A stretch of 64,000 bases of DNA from Gemmatimonadaceae bacterium (lineage in GTDB: Bacteria; Gemmatimonadota; Gemmatimonadetes; Gemmatimonadales; Gemmatimonadaceae): positions 32,001 to 96,000 of the forward strand of contig JBJMOW010000004.1 of NCBI GenBank assembly GCA_045803545.1, in the 5' to 3' direction. The notes beneath the pieces are model-generated. The model saw only the letters and a list, made by a program, of their open reading frames with translations, was not told the origin of the DNA and searched no databases. How positions within the stretch are numbered: the stretch's first letter is position 1; every line of letters starts with the position of its first letter. The translations under genes were made by a program, and so were the position numbers. Of this stretch, positions 20,183 through 31,043 are shown in pieces.

Positions 20183-20862
20183 GTGCGCCTGATAAAGATC
20201 ACTAATCCAATAATAGAGATCGCCGCAAACGAAAACCACTGGATCGCGTACATGCGGTGTGGCCCTTCGTCGAGGGGCATCGGTTCAACGCGCGGAGGAG
20301 CGCTCGCTGATGGAGACGAGTCGGTCAGCACGACGTAATAGTTTGCGATCGGATACGGCAGCAACTTCTGCAGCTGAGTACGATCCAGCCGACGCAGCGC
20401 GCGCGGGTGCGCGGGGTTGGCGGACGGAAATGGCCCTTTTGTGGGGAAAGTCTCAACGAAGCCATTACCTTCGACAGCGTCCTGCTCCCGCCAGGGGTTG
20501 AGATCGACGTTCACACCGTCCGGTGAGTACACCCACCCCCGATCTATCAGCACGACGGTGTCTTTTCCGTTGCGCAGCATTGGCGTCATGATGTTGACGC
20601 CCGGCGACCCCATACGCTCACGCAGTGTGAATACGATCTCGTTGGGGTGATCGTAGGATCCTTTGATGTGAACTCGGCGGAAGTGAGCCGCCGAGGTGTC
20701 GGCCGGTAGCCCGTCCAGCTCTACCACCGGTGCAAATCGTCGCGCCGCGACTGCCGCGTTGAGTTTCTGGCGAGCGGAGAGGCGGCGCAGCTGCCAGATG
20801 CCCATACCAATGGAAAAGATCGCGAAGGAGATCGCGAGAAAACTGAGTAAGGATTTTCGCAA
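20179..20862 (-). CDS. SURF1-family protein
   Basis: GIWQLRR, LIDRGWV and H..YAIQWF signature. Confidence 0.9.
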   Translation of the reverse strand: MRKSLLSFLAISFAIFSIGMGIWQLRRLSARQKLNAAVAARRFAPVVELDGLPADTSAAHFRRVHIKGSYDHPNEIVFTLRERMGSPGVNIMTPMLRNGKDTVVLIDRGWVYSPDGVNVDLNPWREQDAVEGNGFVETFPTKGPFPSANPAHPRALRRLDRTQLQKLLPYPIANYYVVLTDSSPSASAPPRVEPMPLDEGPHRMYAIQWFSFAAISIIGLVIFIRRT

Positions 20863-21561
20863 TTAAACGGGAGAAATTGGCCGTGACGTCGCGTTGTCCT
20901 GGCGTGATGGAGGAAGAATCAGCACGCGATGGTTGTCGATCAACCACGCCAGTGGAACGAACAGCCAGATTCCCATCGTCCTCCATGCGAGAACGTTCAC
21001 GCTCGGCGGCGGCGGACCGTTGCTGGCCACATACAGAATCGCCAATAGCGCGACGTAGATCCACCATCCCCAACGGCCGATTCGGTCGACCGGACGCGTT
21101 ATCCGGGTGTAAGCAGACACGCCCGCCAGAAAAATCGTGAACTCGACGATGTAGGTGGCTGTAGACACATGCCAAAGCCCCCAACCAAACTTCGGGCTCG
21201 CACCCGGCCACAGCGGGAGATCCTTTTGATGCACCGGCAGATCGAGAAACCAATGGCTGACCACGAGCGCGCCGAGGACGAGTGACCCGCGTCCATACTT
21301 TCTGACTGCGAAGTAAAGTGCGCCCACGAGGATTCCCCAGACGATCGCCATCAGCAGACTGTGCGACCACGGGTAGTATACGAACTGCAGCGGACTCATG
21401 ATCATCAGCCCCGGCACGATGCGCACTTGTTCCACGCCAAGCAGCAGGAGTACCGGCCACAGCTCGTCGAGAAACTCGCCCGCGAACACGAGTAGCCCGA
21501 GCGACGTGCGAGGCGCAGCCCTCTTTGCCGCGAACGCCAGCCCATAGTGCCCTAGGAACAT
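20863..21561 (-). CDS. Membrane-bound metal-dependent hydrolase-like protein
   Basis: MFLGHYG, YPWSHSLL and SHWFLD..VH motifs with several TM segments. Confidence 0.75.
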   Translation of the reverse strand: MFLGHYGLAFAAKRAAPRTSLGLLVFAGEFLDELWPVLLLLGVEQVRIVPGLMIMSPLQFVYYPWSHSLLMAIVWGILVGALYFAVRKYGRGSLVLGALVVSHWFLDLPVHQKDLPLWPGASPKFGWGLWHVSTATYIVEFTIFLAGVSAYTRITRPVDRIGRWGWWIYVALLAILYVASNGPPPPSVNVLAWRTMGIWLFVPLAWLIDNHRVLILPPSRQDNATSRPISPV

Positions 21562-21588
21562 CGAACCCTCGCTCTCATCCCGCAGTAT

Positions 21589-22398
21589 TTAAAACAGCGA
21601 CATTTGCTCGCCGAGCAGGTCCGGATCGACCGGCGTTTGTCCGACCTTGTACTGCAGGTCTCTCACAGTCGCGGGTGCGTGGCCCGAAAAAGTATTCGCG
21701 ACGTAACCGTATATCTGGGTCACTTTCTCTCCGAGCTCGGCGATCGCATCGCTCCATAGCCCGATCTCGTAGGAGCGGTCGACCTGCACCCGCGTGTAGT
21801 CGACGAGATCGCGGTTCGGACCCATCCATCTGATGTACGCGAAGTCGGCTGTCGGCCTCGTCGCCAGACTCAACATCAGCTTCCGCGGAATCCAACGGCC
21901 ATCGACCAGGGCCAGGGCGATGTTGTGCTCACGCAGTAATGCCAGAACCCCTTCAGTGATCCAGCCTCGATGGCGGAACTCAAGGGCGATACGCAGGTCC
22001 TTCGGTGCATGGCCGATGAAATCGACGAGGGCGGGCAATTCTCCCGGCTGGAAGTCGGGGCCCGTTTGAACCAGAACAGGGCCAAGCTTCTCGCCAAGCT
22101 CGCGTACCCGATCGAAAAACGCATCAGACGCGCCCGTCAGATCACGGAGCCGGTGCTCGTGGGTGATCTCCTGCGGCAGCTTGAGCGAGAAGATGAATCC
22201 CTTCGGAGTACGCTCCGCCCAGCTCCTGATAGTCGCCTCGGCGGGAGAAGCGTAGAACGTCGAATCGACTTCGACGGAGTCAAACGCGCGCGCATAGACG
22301 GTCAGAAACTCCGATGGCCTCGTGCCAACCGGATAGAATGGGCCGACCCACGCGTCGTAGTTCCAGCCCTGAGTTCCGAGGTGAATCTCCGCGCTCAT
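21589..22398 (-). CDS. DUF72 family protein
   Basis: GTQGWNY..W.GPFYP, VEVDSTFY, K.PQEITH and EFRH..W motifs. Confidence 0.92.
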   Translation of the reverse strand: MSAEIHLGTQGWNYDAWVGPFYPVGTRPSEFLTVYARAFDSVEVDSTFYASPAEATIRSWAERTPKGFIFSLKLPQEITHEHRLRDLTGASDAFFDRVRELGEKLGPVLVQTGPDFQPGELPALVDFIGHAPKDLRIALEFRHRGWITEGVLALLREHNIALALVDGRWIPRKLMLSLATRPTADFAYIRWMGPNRDLVDYTRVQVDRSYEIGLWSDAIAELGEKVTQIYGYVANTFSGHAPATVRDLQYKVGQTPVDPDLLGEQMSLF

Positions 22399-22430
22399 GC
22401 GGTTCAATCGGAAGCCGCAGCGTCAGATTG

Positions 22431-23426
22431 TCAAGCGACCGTGACCGGTCTTCGCCCAACGCGCGCGAGAAATGGTGGTGAAAGAAACGTCGTCACCACC
22501 ACCATCAACGTGATCGCACTGAATAGCGCCGGAGTAATCGCCTGCGTCGCGAGCCCCATTTGCGCGAAGATCAGCCCCACTTCGCCACGTGGAATCATCG
22601 CCACGCCGATCAGGCGCCTGTTGCCCCGAAACCACCACGGTGCGTAGGCAGCCAGATACTTTCCGGCTACGCCAGTGATGATCAGGATCGCCGCGACAGC
22701 TAGCGTTCCGGATTGACCGAACGCGCGGATCTGCACCGCGGCCCCGACCGCAGCAAAGAAGATTGGCACCACCACCCAGGTTACGGGCCTGGTCACCTTC
22801 TCGGCACGGGCTCGCCACGACGTGCGGTTCACGATAATCCCGAAAGCAAATGCGATGAGTATCCCTGCCGATGCGAGGCCGCTGACGCTCGATGAATCAG
22901 GTGTAACGATCCCGGTTACGACTGACAGCACGATTAGACCGGCGATGTCGTCGAGCACCGCTGCGCCCAACACCACCTGGCCCTCGCGCGACTTGAGCTG
23001 ACCGATGTCGGATAGCACGCGCGCCGAGATCCCGATCGAAGTGGCAGTCAACGCCGCTGCGCATACGAGCGCCGGAATCGTGTGCATACCGAGTAGCCCA
23101 ACGACGGCGATGTACCCGAGTGCCATCGGCAGCACCACACCGACGACGGCGACAGTAGTCGCAACGCCCAACACGGCGGTTATCGATCGAAAGTCGGTGT
23201 GAAGGCCAATTTCAAACAACAGGACAATCACACCAATCTCTGCCAGCGCGTGAATGACGGGGTTCGTCGGATCGAGCCAGGCGAGTAGGGATTGGCCGAG
23301 CATCACGCCAGCAATCAGCTCGCCGAGGACGGCGGGCTGTCCGACACGCGTCGCCAATAGCCCGAGCAGTTTCGTTGCGAGCAGCGTCGCCGCCAATACC
23401 AGCAACAGCGCCATGGTGCCGGTCAC
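22431..23426 (-). CDS. Cation:proton antiporter (CPA2/NapA-like), unusually short
   Basis: QPAVLGELIAG, ATSIGISARVL, GAAVLDD and MIPRGEVGLIFA motifs. Confidence 0.85.
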   Translation of the reverse strand: MTGTMALLLVLAATLLATKLLGLLATRVGQPAVLGELIAGVMLGQSLLAWLDPTNPVIHALAEIGVIVLLFEIGLHTDFRSITAVLGVATTVAVVGVVLPMALGYIAVVGLLGMHTIPALVCAAALTATSIGISARVLSDIGQLKSREGQVVLGAAVLDDIAGLIVLSVVTGIVTPDSSSVSGLASAGILIAFAFGIIVNRTSWRARAEKVTRPVTWVVVPIFFAAVGAAVQIRAFGQSGTLAVAAILIITGVAGKYLAAYAPWWFRGNRRLIGVAMIPRGEVGLIFAQMGLATQAITPALFSAITLMVVVTTFLSPPFLARVGRRPVTVA

Positions 23427-24931
23427 CGGTATGTTTCGAAAAAGCCGGTTCCGCTGCCGTTTAACGGAACTCCGTCGACGCGACCAGAGAGCACCGCCGT
23501 GCCTTTCATCTGGATGAAGTATGGATGCGCTCTGACGCCGGCGACCGGGTTGCCACGTTCGCGAGCAGGCCGAGTGTCGGTTGCAATTGCGTCTTCAACC
23601 TGCAGATCGACTCGCAGCGTGTCGTTTCCGCGGGCGTCGAACAATGTCGCATGCGACGGTACGCGAACGACCGCGCCGCCAACTTGTAAGGTGCGATTGT
23701 CTTCGTACCTAATTGTCGTCGGCCGAAAGACAGCGCGGAAGCCGAGCGAGTCAGTCAGATAGAACAGGACTGGCGGCACCGAGATTGAGCTGTCGGGAGG
23801 ATAGACACGCCCATAAAGGAAAGTGTACTGTCCGGCGCGTGATGCGCCCCACTCCCACGTCACATTGCGCCAGACGCCCCAGTTGTGGTCATGGTACGAT
23901 TGCGCGTCGGCCAATCGGTCGCAGACGTCATCGACGCACAGCGATCCCGTCGCTTCAGCGCGCAGAGCGGGCACGACGTAGCCCGACACGAACCCGCCCG
24001 ATGACATCGACACGCCGGGAAAGTACGCATGTGGCTCGGGATGCACGCGAAGAGCGATTGAAATGCGGCCTCGACCATTTTCCTCCGGAGCCGAAGCCTG
24101 TACCGAATAGTCGCCGTCCGGCAGAACCGTTACCCGTGAATTACCGAAGACGAGATTCGCGTCACTAGTAGAGAACCGCACCTGCGATTTGTCGATCGTC
24201 CGCGCGAATCGCCGGGTTCTGTCGCCTTGTTCGCGCAGAGTTATAGCGACCTGTCCTCCCCACTTCGCCCCACGAATGTCTCCCCCGACGATAAATGAAA
24301 TAAACGCCCATCGCCTCCCGCCTCCCCCTTCCCGCTTCCCGCTTCCCGCCACAACGTTGAAATAGTGCCACTCCGCCCAGGTCTCACGATTGGCGACGCT
24401 GTCGCCCGGAATGTGGAAGTGATCGATCTCGTTCCGCAGCTCGAGCGGCGTGGGCGCAACCCACCTTCGATCACCGTCGTCGTTAACCCACTCCCCCGCG
24501 ATCATCTCCGGCGCGGCTCCCACCGCACGCGACGCGTCGGGAATCTCACCGCTGGCATGTACCGCGAACTCCTTCCCGTCGGGCGCGCGCAGGTACAACA
24601 GCCTCCCCTCGATCTGCGGCGCGACAGCTGCCACTTCCTTCGCGTACCTCGGCGATGCCAGCGCCTGTCGATACAGGAACGACGCGTGGTCGATCGAGAA
24701 GAACAGGCCGCCGATGCCTCCAGTCTTCATCACCTCGACGTCCAGGCCTTCGGGTAGAACAGTGATAGTTCCACCGCCGACAAGTTTCTCCTGGCGCGCC
24801 TGTGTCAGCATCGCCTCGCCGATCGACAGCAGCACGATCATCACTGCCACTCCGACACCGAAGCCGAAAAACATCAGCACCGACCGCCAGGGCCGATAAG
24901 TGAGATTCCGCAAGGCAAGCTGGCCGATCAT
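23423..24931 (-). CDS. MacB/FtsX-type permease N-terminus fused to an AttH/CrtC-like (lipocalin-fold) domain
   Basis: N-terminal LALRNL..RP.RS.L plus TM segment; C-terminal EWHYFN, YHDHNWG and WEW motifs. Confidence 0.6.
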   Translation of the reverse strand: MIGQLALRNLTYRPWRSVLMFFGFGVGVAVMIVLLSIGEAMLTQARQEKLVGGGTITVLPEGLDVEVMKTGGIGGLFFSIDHASFLYRQALASPRYAKEVAAVAPQIEGRLLYLRAPDGKEFAVHASGEIPDASRAVGAAPEMIAGEWVNDDGDRRWVAPTPLELRNEIDHFHIPGDSVANRETWAEWHYFNVVAGSGKREGGGGRRWAFISFIVGGDIRGAKWGGQVAITLREQGDRTRRFARTIDKSQVRFSTSDANLVFGNSRVTVLPDGDYSVQASAPEENGRGRISIALRVHPEPHAYFPGVSMSSGGFVSGYVVPALRAEATGSLCVDDVCDRLADAQSYHDHNWGVWRNVTWEWGASRAGQYTFLYGRVYPPDSSISVPPVLFYLTDSLGFRAVFRPTTIRYEDNRTLQVGGAVVRVPSHATLFDARGNDTLRVDLQVEDAIATDTRPARERGNPVAGVRAHPYFIQMKGTAVLSGRVDGVPLNGSGTGFFETYR

Positions 24932-25608
24932 CCGTCGACCACTCTGCCGTCGCGCATGTGGATCTTTCGCTTCGCCGCACTCGCCAGTTCCTCATCGTGC
25001 GTCACCACCACAATGGTTGTCCCATCGTTGTTCAAACGCTGGAACAGTGCGATGATCTCGGTTCCTGTCTTCGCATCGAGCTCGCCGGTTGGCTCATCTG
25101 CCAACAACAACCTGGGCTGGTTTGCCAAGGCTCTCGCGATGGCGACACGCTGCTGTTCTCCGCCCGACATCTCCGATGGCCGATGTCGCTGTCGATTCCC
25201 AAGCCACACGTAAGACAGCAACCCAGTCGCCCGCTTCACCCGCTCGTCCTTCGGTACACCTGCTTCAGCCATCGGCAGCGCGACATTCTCGAGCGCGCTC
25301 AGAATCGGCATCAAATAAAAGCGCTGAAACACGAAGCCGATATTTCGCAGCCGGAATTGCGTTGCCTCGCGATCGCTCATGTCATCGACGCGTTTGCCGT
25401 CGATAGTTACCGTACCGGATGTCGGCTGATCGATCACGCCGATCAGATTGAGCAGGGTCGACTTGCCGCATCCCGACGGGCCAACGATCGCGACGTAGTC
25501 GCCGCGCATCACTTCCAGACTCACTCCCTGTAGCGCGTGCACACGCTCGGCGCCTAGAGCATAGTCACGGCGTACTTCGCGCAGTGAGATGATCGGCGAC
25601 TCGCTCAC
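24928..25608 (-). CDS. ABC transporter ATP-binding protein (LolD/MacB-type)
   Basis: GPSGCGKST, MSGGEQQR, LLADEPTG and VTH motifs. Confidence 0.95.
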   Translation of the reverse strand: MSESPIISLREVRRDYALGAERVHALQGVSLEVMRGDYVAIVGPSGCGKSTLLNLIGVIDQPTSGTVTIDGKRVDDMSDREATQFRLRNIGFVFQRFYLMPILSALENVALPMAEAGVPKDERVKRATGLLSYVWLGNRQRHRPSEMSGGEQQRVAIARALANQPRLLLADEPTGELDAKTGTEIIALFQRLNNDGTTIVVVTHDEELASAAKRKIHMRDGRVVDG

Positions 25609-26801
25609 GCGATCGCTTCCTTGCGCAACGTTTCAGAGATCGGGAGCGAAGCCGCCCTGAATGCGGGATAGACACCGGCGCCAATTCCGCTGGCGATCAA
25701 AAGGCCGAGCGCAGACCACGCCGCTTTCGGCTGAAAGAGAAAGAAATCAATCGCCATCGGCAATCCCGGAAACGCCGACAGGATGCTGTTGAGATAACGC
25801 GCGGTGACGAGCCCCAATGCGAGACCGATGATCGCGCCTAGAAGGCTGATGAAGAGGCCCTCCACCACGATCTGTTGGACGACATGCGAGCGCGACACAC
25901 CGATCGCTCGGAGCACCGCGATCTCCCCAGCCCGTTCGTTTACGGATACCGTCACGAGAGTCGTCACCAGCAAGAAGCCGACGAACAGACTCACGGCGCC
26001 GAGTATCAAAGCCAGCTGCCGGAAATAGCTCAGACGCTGATCGACCTGGGCGATGGCTGTTGCAATCGACAGCGCACTGACATTGGGCAGCTGCGATTCG
26101 ATCCATTGTCGTGTCGCTTCAATGTCTGCACCGTCGCGCACGCGGATCATGAACAGCGATGCGCGATCTCCGGCGCGCGTGGGCAATTGCGCGTTCATCT
26201 GCTGTAGGGTTTCCCGACGCACGGCAGCCGCAGATTGGTCCGTGGCGCCGTAGAGGAATCGGACGGTGCCTGTGATCGTCAGAGTGCGTTGCCCTGCGTA
26301 GCTGCGTGTCTGCGGGTCGAATCCGGTCGACACGGTGATCGTGTCACCAATTTTGCCGCCGAGGTCGCGCATCAGCCGCTGATTGACGACGATCCCATTC
26401 GCCACTGTCACATCGGTGCCGGAGAGCAACTCGTAGTCACCTTGCACTTTCGGATCGATGCCGAGTATCGAGGCGCTGACATCGCGGCCGCGAATGGGGA
26501 TGTGAATCGAACCGCCGAGCACAGCGCTGATCTCACCCAGATCAGGGTTTCGACGCAGCGTGGAAACGACGCTTGCGACATCGGCGATGGTAGCATCGGT
26601 GTCGAATGGCAACGTTCCCTTCGGTGCCAGTCGCAGCTGGAAACCGCGTGTCAACAGCAGCTGGCGAAACGATTCGCGCATGCCGGTGGCTAGCATCACC
26701 ATGTCGAGCAGCATTGCCGCCGCGATGGCAACCCCAAGTATCGCCAGCATGGTGCGAGCGCGGTGCCTGACCAGAGATGCCTTGGCAAGTACGGCTCTCA
26801 T
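25605..26801 (-). CDS. ABC transporter permease (FtsX/MacB family)
   Basis: ERAGEIAVLRAIG motif; ATG at 26801 overlaps the upstream stop. Confidence 0.9.
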   Translation of the reverse strand: MRAVLAKASLVRHRARTMLAILGVAIAAAMLLDMVMLATGMRESFRQLLLTRGFQLRLAPKGTLPFDTDATIADVASVVSTLRRNPDLGEISAVLGGSIHIPIRGRDVSASILGIDPKVQGDYELLSGTDVTVANGIVVNQRLMRDLGGKIGDTITVSTGFDPQTRSYAGQRTLTITGTVRFLYGATDQSAAAVRRETLQQMNAQLPTRAGDRASLFMIRVRDGADIEATRQWIESQLPNVSALSIATAIAQVDQRLSYFRQLALILGAVSLFVGFLLVTTLVTVSVNERAGEIAVLRAIGVSRSHVVQQIVVEGLFISLLGAIIGLALGLVTARYLNSILSAFPGLPMAIDFFLFQPKAAWSALGLLIASGIGAGVYPAFRAASLPISETLRKEAIA

Positions 26802-27637
26802 CGGCCGAATAGTGCGAGGGGCGGTTGCCTTACCAGCCGCAACGACGCCGCGATCCCTGCCCCAATTCCCAACGCCAGCGACAAAGCCACTGCAGCGATG
26901 ACAATCGTCGGGGTCACGATAGAGAATGCGAGCGGAGTCCGGTAAACGGCCTCGTAATGCCAGTTCACGAACACCGACACCAGCCAGCCGAGCACGATTC
27001 CAAGCGCGCTGCCGAGCACGGCGATGAGCGCCGCCTCGATGATGATCGCGCGAACTACTGTCGCGCGAGAGATGCCCATCAGTCGCAACGCGGCGATGTC
27101 GCGCCGTCTCTCTTCCACTTTGAGCACCATGATGCAAAGAAGAAAAACTGAGCTCGCCACGATGGTGATGATTCCGATTGCGCGGTGAAAGCGACTCACT
27201 ACCTGAAACGTCCGCGATGTCTCGACAGCAATCTCGCTGGAAGGGTATGCTCTGAACCCGAACGCAATGTCGTTAACACGTTCGATGAGATTGCGTATGT
27301 CGACGCCAGACCTCGTCTGAATCGCGAAGCGGTCGACTCTGTCGCCGTAACCAGAGATGGTTTGCAGCTGATCGAGATGCATGCGCACCTTGAGATCACC
27401 GCGCGCGACCTCGGATGGGTCGGCTCCGCGCCGAACGATCGCTCCGATTATCACCGTGTCACCAGCGGCGTTCGCGCCACTCGAGATCGACACTCGATCG
27501 CCAATGTGGAGGTGTGCCTGTTCGGCGAGTACTTCGTCGATCGCGATCGTGCGGAGCCCACGCTCCTGGGTCGGGAGCGCTTGGGCAACGATCGAATCTT
27601 GTGTGAGAGCGGAGAGGAGAAGGAGCGCCAGCAGCAC
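26798..27637 (-). CDS. ABC transporter permease (FtsX family)
   Basis: ERRRDIAALRLMG motif and C-terminal TM segments. Confidence 0.88.
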   Translation of the reverse strand: MLLALLLLSALTQDSIVAQALPTQERGLRTIAIDEVLAEQAHLHIGDRVSISSGANAAGDTVIIGAIVRRGADPSEVARGDLKVRMHLDQLQTISGYGDRVDRFAIQTRSGVDIRNLIERVNDIAFGFRAYPSSEIAVETSRTFQVVSRFHRAIGIITIVASSVFLLCIMVLKVEERRRDIAALRLMGISRATVVRAIIIEAALIAVLGSALGIVLGWLVSVFVNWHYEAVYRTPLAFSIVTPTIVIAAVALSLALGIGAGIAASLRLVRQPPLALFGR

Positions 27638-27646
27638 GCCCGAAAG

Positions 27647-28357
27647 CTAGCCGCGCTTCACTCCTCTGTCTGCAATTGGCGCCACCATCACTTGCGCCGC
27701 GAGCGCCGGACCGATCGAGAGCTCCTGACGCGAGATGCTCAACGTGATAGGACCATCGAACGGCGCGTGCGCCTTCACCGACAGCCGCTTGCCAGGCACG
27801 ATCCCGAGCTCAGCGAGGTAGCGCAGCATCTCAGCGTCTTCATCCGAGACCCGCACCACCACTCCCGTGCTTCCAACCTCGAGCTCGGCGAGCGATCTAT
27901 AGACGGTCTCGTCGACCGAACCGTCGCGCGATGGGATTGGCGCGCCATGCGGATCGACTTCGGGCTCGCCAATCGTCACCGCCATTCTGTCCACGAGCTC
28001 GTCCGAGGCCGCGTGCTCCAGCCTCTCAGCCTCCGCATGCACCCGATCCCACGGATAGCCGAGCGCTTCAGCGAGATATGCTTCGATCACGCGGTGCCGA
28101 CGCAAAGTGCGCAACGCCGCGCGTCGTCCACTCTCGGTGAGCTTCACCCCGTGATAACGCTCGTACGCGAGCAGTCCCTGATCAGCGAGCCGCCGCACCA
28201 TTCCGCTAACTGATGCCGGCGCTAAATCGAGTCTTTGCGCAATGTCGTTGGTCGCAGCCGCACCGGTGCCGCCACCGATCGCATAAATCGCCTTGAGATA
28301 GTCCTCCACCGGCGCCGTTAACGCCTCCCCTCTTCCGCCTCCCGCTTCCCGCATCAC
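27647..28357 (-). CDS. mntR: DtxR/MntR-family metal-dependent regulator with FeoA-like C-domain
   Basis: EDYLKAIY, RRHRVIE.YL, EAERLEH and DPHGAPIP motifs. Confidence 0.88.
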   Translation of the reverse strand: MMREAGGGRGEALTAPVEDYLKAIYAIGGGTGAAATNDIAQRLDLAPASVSGMVRRLADQGLLAYERYHGVKLTESGRRAALRTLRRHRVIEAYLAEALGYPWDRVHAEAERLEHAASDELVDRMAVTIGEPEVDPHGAPIPSRDGSVDETVYRSLAELEVGSTGVVVRVSDEDAEMLRYLAELGIVPGKRLSVKAHAPFDGPITLSISRQELSIGPALAAQVMVAPIADRGVKRG

Positions 28358-28800
28358 GCCGGACTCGGCGATGGAGTTCCGCGCACCATCAACACCGGCA
28401 CCATCGAGATGTGGCGCAGCTCACTCGCCACGCTGCCGCGAATCACATCGGACAGGCCACGGTGACCGTGGGTAGCCATCGCTATCAGGTCGCAGTTCTC
28501 GCGCTCCGCGCAAGCGGCGATCTCTTTCGCTGGATCGCCCCCTGCCAGAATCGCTTCGGCACTGTAGCCGTCGCTCTCGAGGGATTCCGCGATGCCTTCG
28601 ATGTATTGGCGATCGCCGCGCATCTCCTCCGACTCGCGCAAATCGAGCTGGTTGATGTTGCGCGCAGCCCAGCCATCCGCAACGTGAATCAGGATGATCG
28701 ACGCGTCGTTGCACGCCCGCGCCAGCTTGCGAATGTGCGCGAGAATGACTGCATCGTAGGGCGAATTCTCGACGGGCACGAGGATACGCTGGTACATCAC
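28354..28800 (-). CDS. Universal stress protein
   Basis: YQRILVPV and [14 protein letters not shown]...PVLMV motifs. Confidence 0.9.
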   Translation of the reverse strand: MMYQRILVPVENSPYDAVILAHIRKLARACNDASIILIHVADGWAARNINQLDLRESEEMRGDRQYIEGIAESLESDGYSAEAILAGGDPAKEIAACAERENCDLIAMATHGHRGLSDVIRGSVASELRHISMVPVLMVRGTPSPSPA

Positions 28801-30180
28801 TTCCCCAATCCGCTAAAGAATTGGAACAGCAGCCAAATGTTGAGCCCTACGATGATAAACGCAACCAGGTATGCCGACGCCTTGAGCCAAAGCGAATTCG
28901 TGAACTCACCCATCTTCGCCCGCTCACTGGTGAACTGCACAAGTGGGAAGACAGCGAACGACAACTGCATGCTGAGAATTACCTGACTCAGCACCAGCAG
29001 CTTGGCCGTTCCGGCCTCGCCATAGAGAATGGCGACCACCGCGGCCGGAATGATCGCGATCGCGCGTGTGATCAGTCGGCGCAGCCAGGGGCGGATCCTG
29101 ATGTTGAGGAATCCCTCCATCACGATCTGGCCGGCAAGCGTTCCGGTCAACGTCGAGTTCTGGCCTGAGGCGAGCAGCGCAAGCGCAAACACGGCGCTGG
29201 CACCGGCCCCAAGTAACGGAGTGAGCAGCTTGTAGGCGTCCTGGATCTCACCCACTCCTGCGTGACCCGTGGTGTGGAACGACGCGGCAGCAATGATCAG
29301 GATGGCCGCATTGATGAACAGCGCAAAGGTGAGCGCGATCGTAGAGTCGATGAACGCGAATCGCACCGCCTCGCGCTTGCCCTCACTCGTCTCGTCGTAC
29401 TGTCTCGTCTGAACGATCGACGAATGCAAATAGAGATTGTGCGGCATCACCGTCGCGCCGAGTATGCCGACAGCAACGTAGAGCATTGCCGGGTTTTTGA
29501 TGACTTCCGCTGACGGTACGAAGCCACGCATCACAGGCAGGAACGGTGGCTGGGCGAGAATGATCTCGAACAGGAAGCACGCGCCGACGGTCGCGATCAA
29601 CACAATCACGAGCGCCTCGAGCAGTCGAAAGCCCTTGTTCTGCAGATAGAGAACGATCAGCACGTCGAGCGACGTGATCAGGACGCCGTACGCGATCGGG
29701 ATGTCGAACAGAAGGTTCAGCGCGATCGCCGTACCGATCACTTCCGCCAGATCGCACGCGGCAATCGCAATCTCGCACGCAATCCAAAGGACAAACCCAA
29801 CGGGTTTTGAATAGTGATCGCGGCATGCCTGGGCGAGGTCGCGTCCGGTGACGATGCCGAGCTTGGACGCGAGACCCTGCAGCAGAATCGCCATCAGGTT
29901 CGAGGCGAGGATGACGCTGAGCAGCGTATAGCCGAACTGCGCCCCGCCGGCGAGGTCGGTCGCCCAGTTGCCCGGATCCATATAGCCGACGGCGACCAGG
30001 TAGCCCGGTCCGGCGAATGCGAGAATTTTTCGCCACCAGTTCGCTCCGCCAACCGGAACGCTGCGATAGACCTCGACCAGCGATGGAGTTGTCCGAGCAC
30101 GACGCCAACCTGGCGGTGCGACTCCGCTCTCGTCGGCCTGTTTCGATTTCCGCGCGTTGCGAAGGAGCTGTATGGCCAAA
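28797..30180 (-). CDS. mntH: Nramp-family Mn2+/divalent metal transporter
   Basis: [21 protein letters not shown] and GQIVMEGF motifs. TTG start with GGAG RBS chosen; start uncertain. Confidence 0.95.
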
Positions 30181-30210
30181 CCTGTCTCCGTTGTTACTGC
30201 TACCCTAGGA

Positions 30211-30236
30211 AATAGTTTAGTACATCCTAACTTTTT
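30211..30236. promoter_or_regulatory. Candidate DtxR/MntR operator upstream of mntH
   Basis: AT-rich dyad TTAG-TACATC-CTAA (30217-30230) just upstream of the mntH-usp-mntR operon. Confidence 0.5.
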
Positions 30237-30369
30237 ACGCAACTGTAATTCACATCTGCTTAGGTAGTGTTCACCCGCGTTGAGCGGCCGTTGGCGCGCA
30301 CAACTACACCCGAGCCGGCCGGGTGCCCGTAGTATTGGACAGCAAAGAGCTTCCTACGACGAGATTGAA

Positions 30370-30885
30370 ATGTTTTCCTGGCCCTACTCGCATCTCCTGA
30401 TCAACCACTTCCCTGTAGTTCTGAGTGCCGTCGGCCTCGGCGCATCGGTCCTCGCGCTGCTGGTCCGACGGCGAGGGATTTGGCAGGCTGCGATGGGGGC
30501 ACTGGTAATAGCCGGTCTTTTCATCTTCCCGGTTCACTTCACGGGAGATAAGGCTGACCACGCGTTGCGAGACCCTTGGTACATCAAGCCGGGCACGATC
30601 GAGGCACACGATAATGCAGCTGGGATTGCGATGTGGGTGATCCTGCTCGTCGGCGCGTTTGCCGCCTATTCCTGGTGGCGATCTCTCAAGCGGCCGCAGG
30701 AGCTCATTCCCACCTGGGTACGCACCGGCATTTTCGTTGGCGCGATCGCAGCTGTCGGAACGGTCACGTACACGGCTTACCTGGGTGGCAAGATCATTCA
30801 CGACATGCCGATACTGCAGATGCCACAGGCTCCTCAGGGATTGCCTCCGGGGATTGCAGCTCCCAGGGATTCAACCGATCGCTGA
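30370..30885 (+). CDS. DUF2231-like membrane protein
   Basis: HLLINHFPV, TG..A and GGKIIH motifs; four TM segments. Confidence 0.7.
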   Translation: MFSWPYSHLLINHFPVVLSAVGLGASVLALLVRRRGIWQAAMGALVIAGLFIFPVHFTGDKADHALRDPWYIKPGTIEAHDNAAGIAMWVILLVGAFAAYSWWRSLKRPQELIPTWVRTGIFVGAIAAVGTVTYTAYLGGKIIHDMPILQMPQAPQGLPPGIAAPRDSTDR

Positions 30886-31043
30886 CTCAATGGCTGCGTA
30901 ATGAGAGCCAACTAATCGATGCGGGCTGCGATCTAGTTGAGAGCTCGCAGTCAGCTCTTATCTCGCAGTTAGCTCGCATCTCGGACCCAGCTCGCAGCTC
31001 GCACCAATTCGTTGGTTCTCCTCCCGCAACAACCAAGGCGCGA

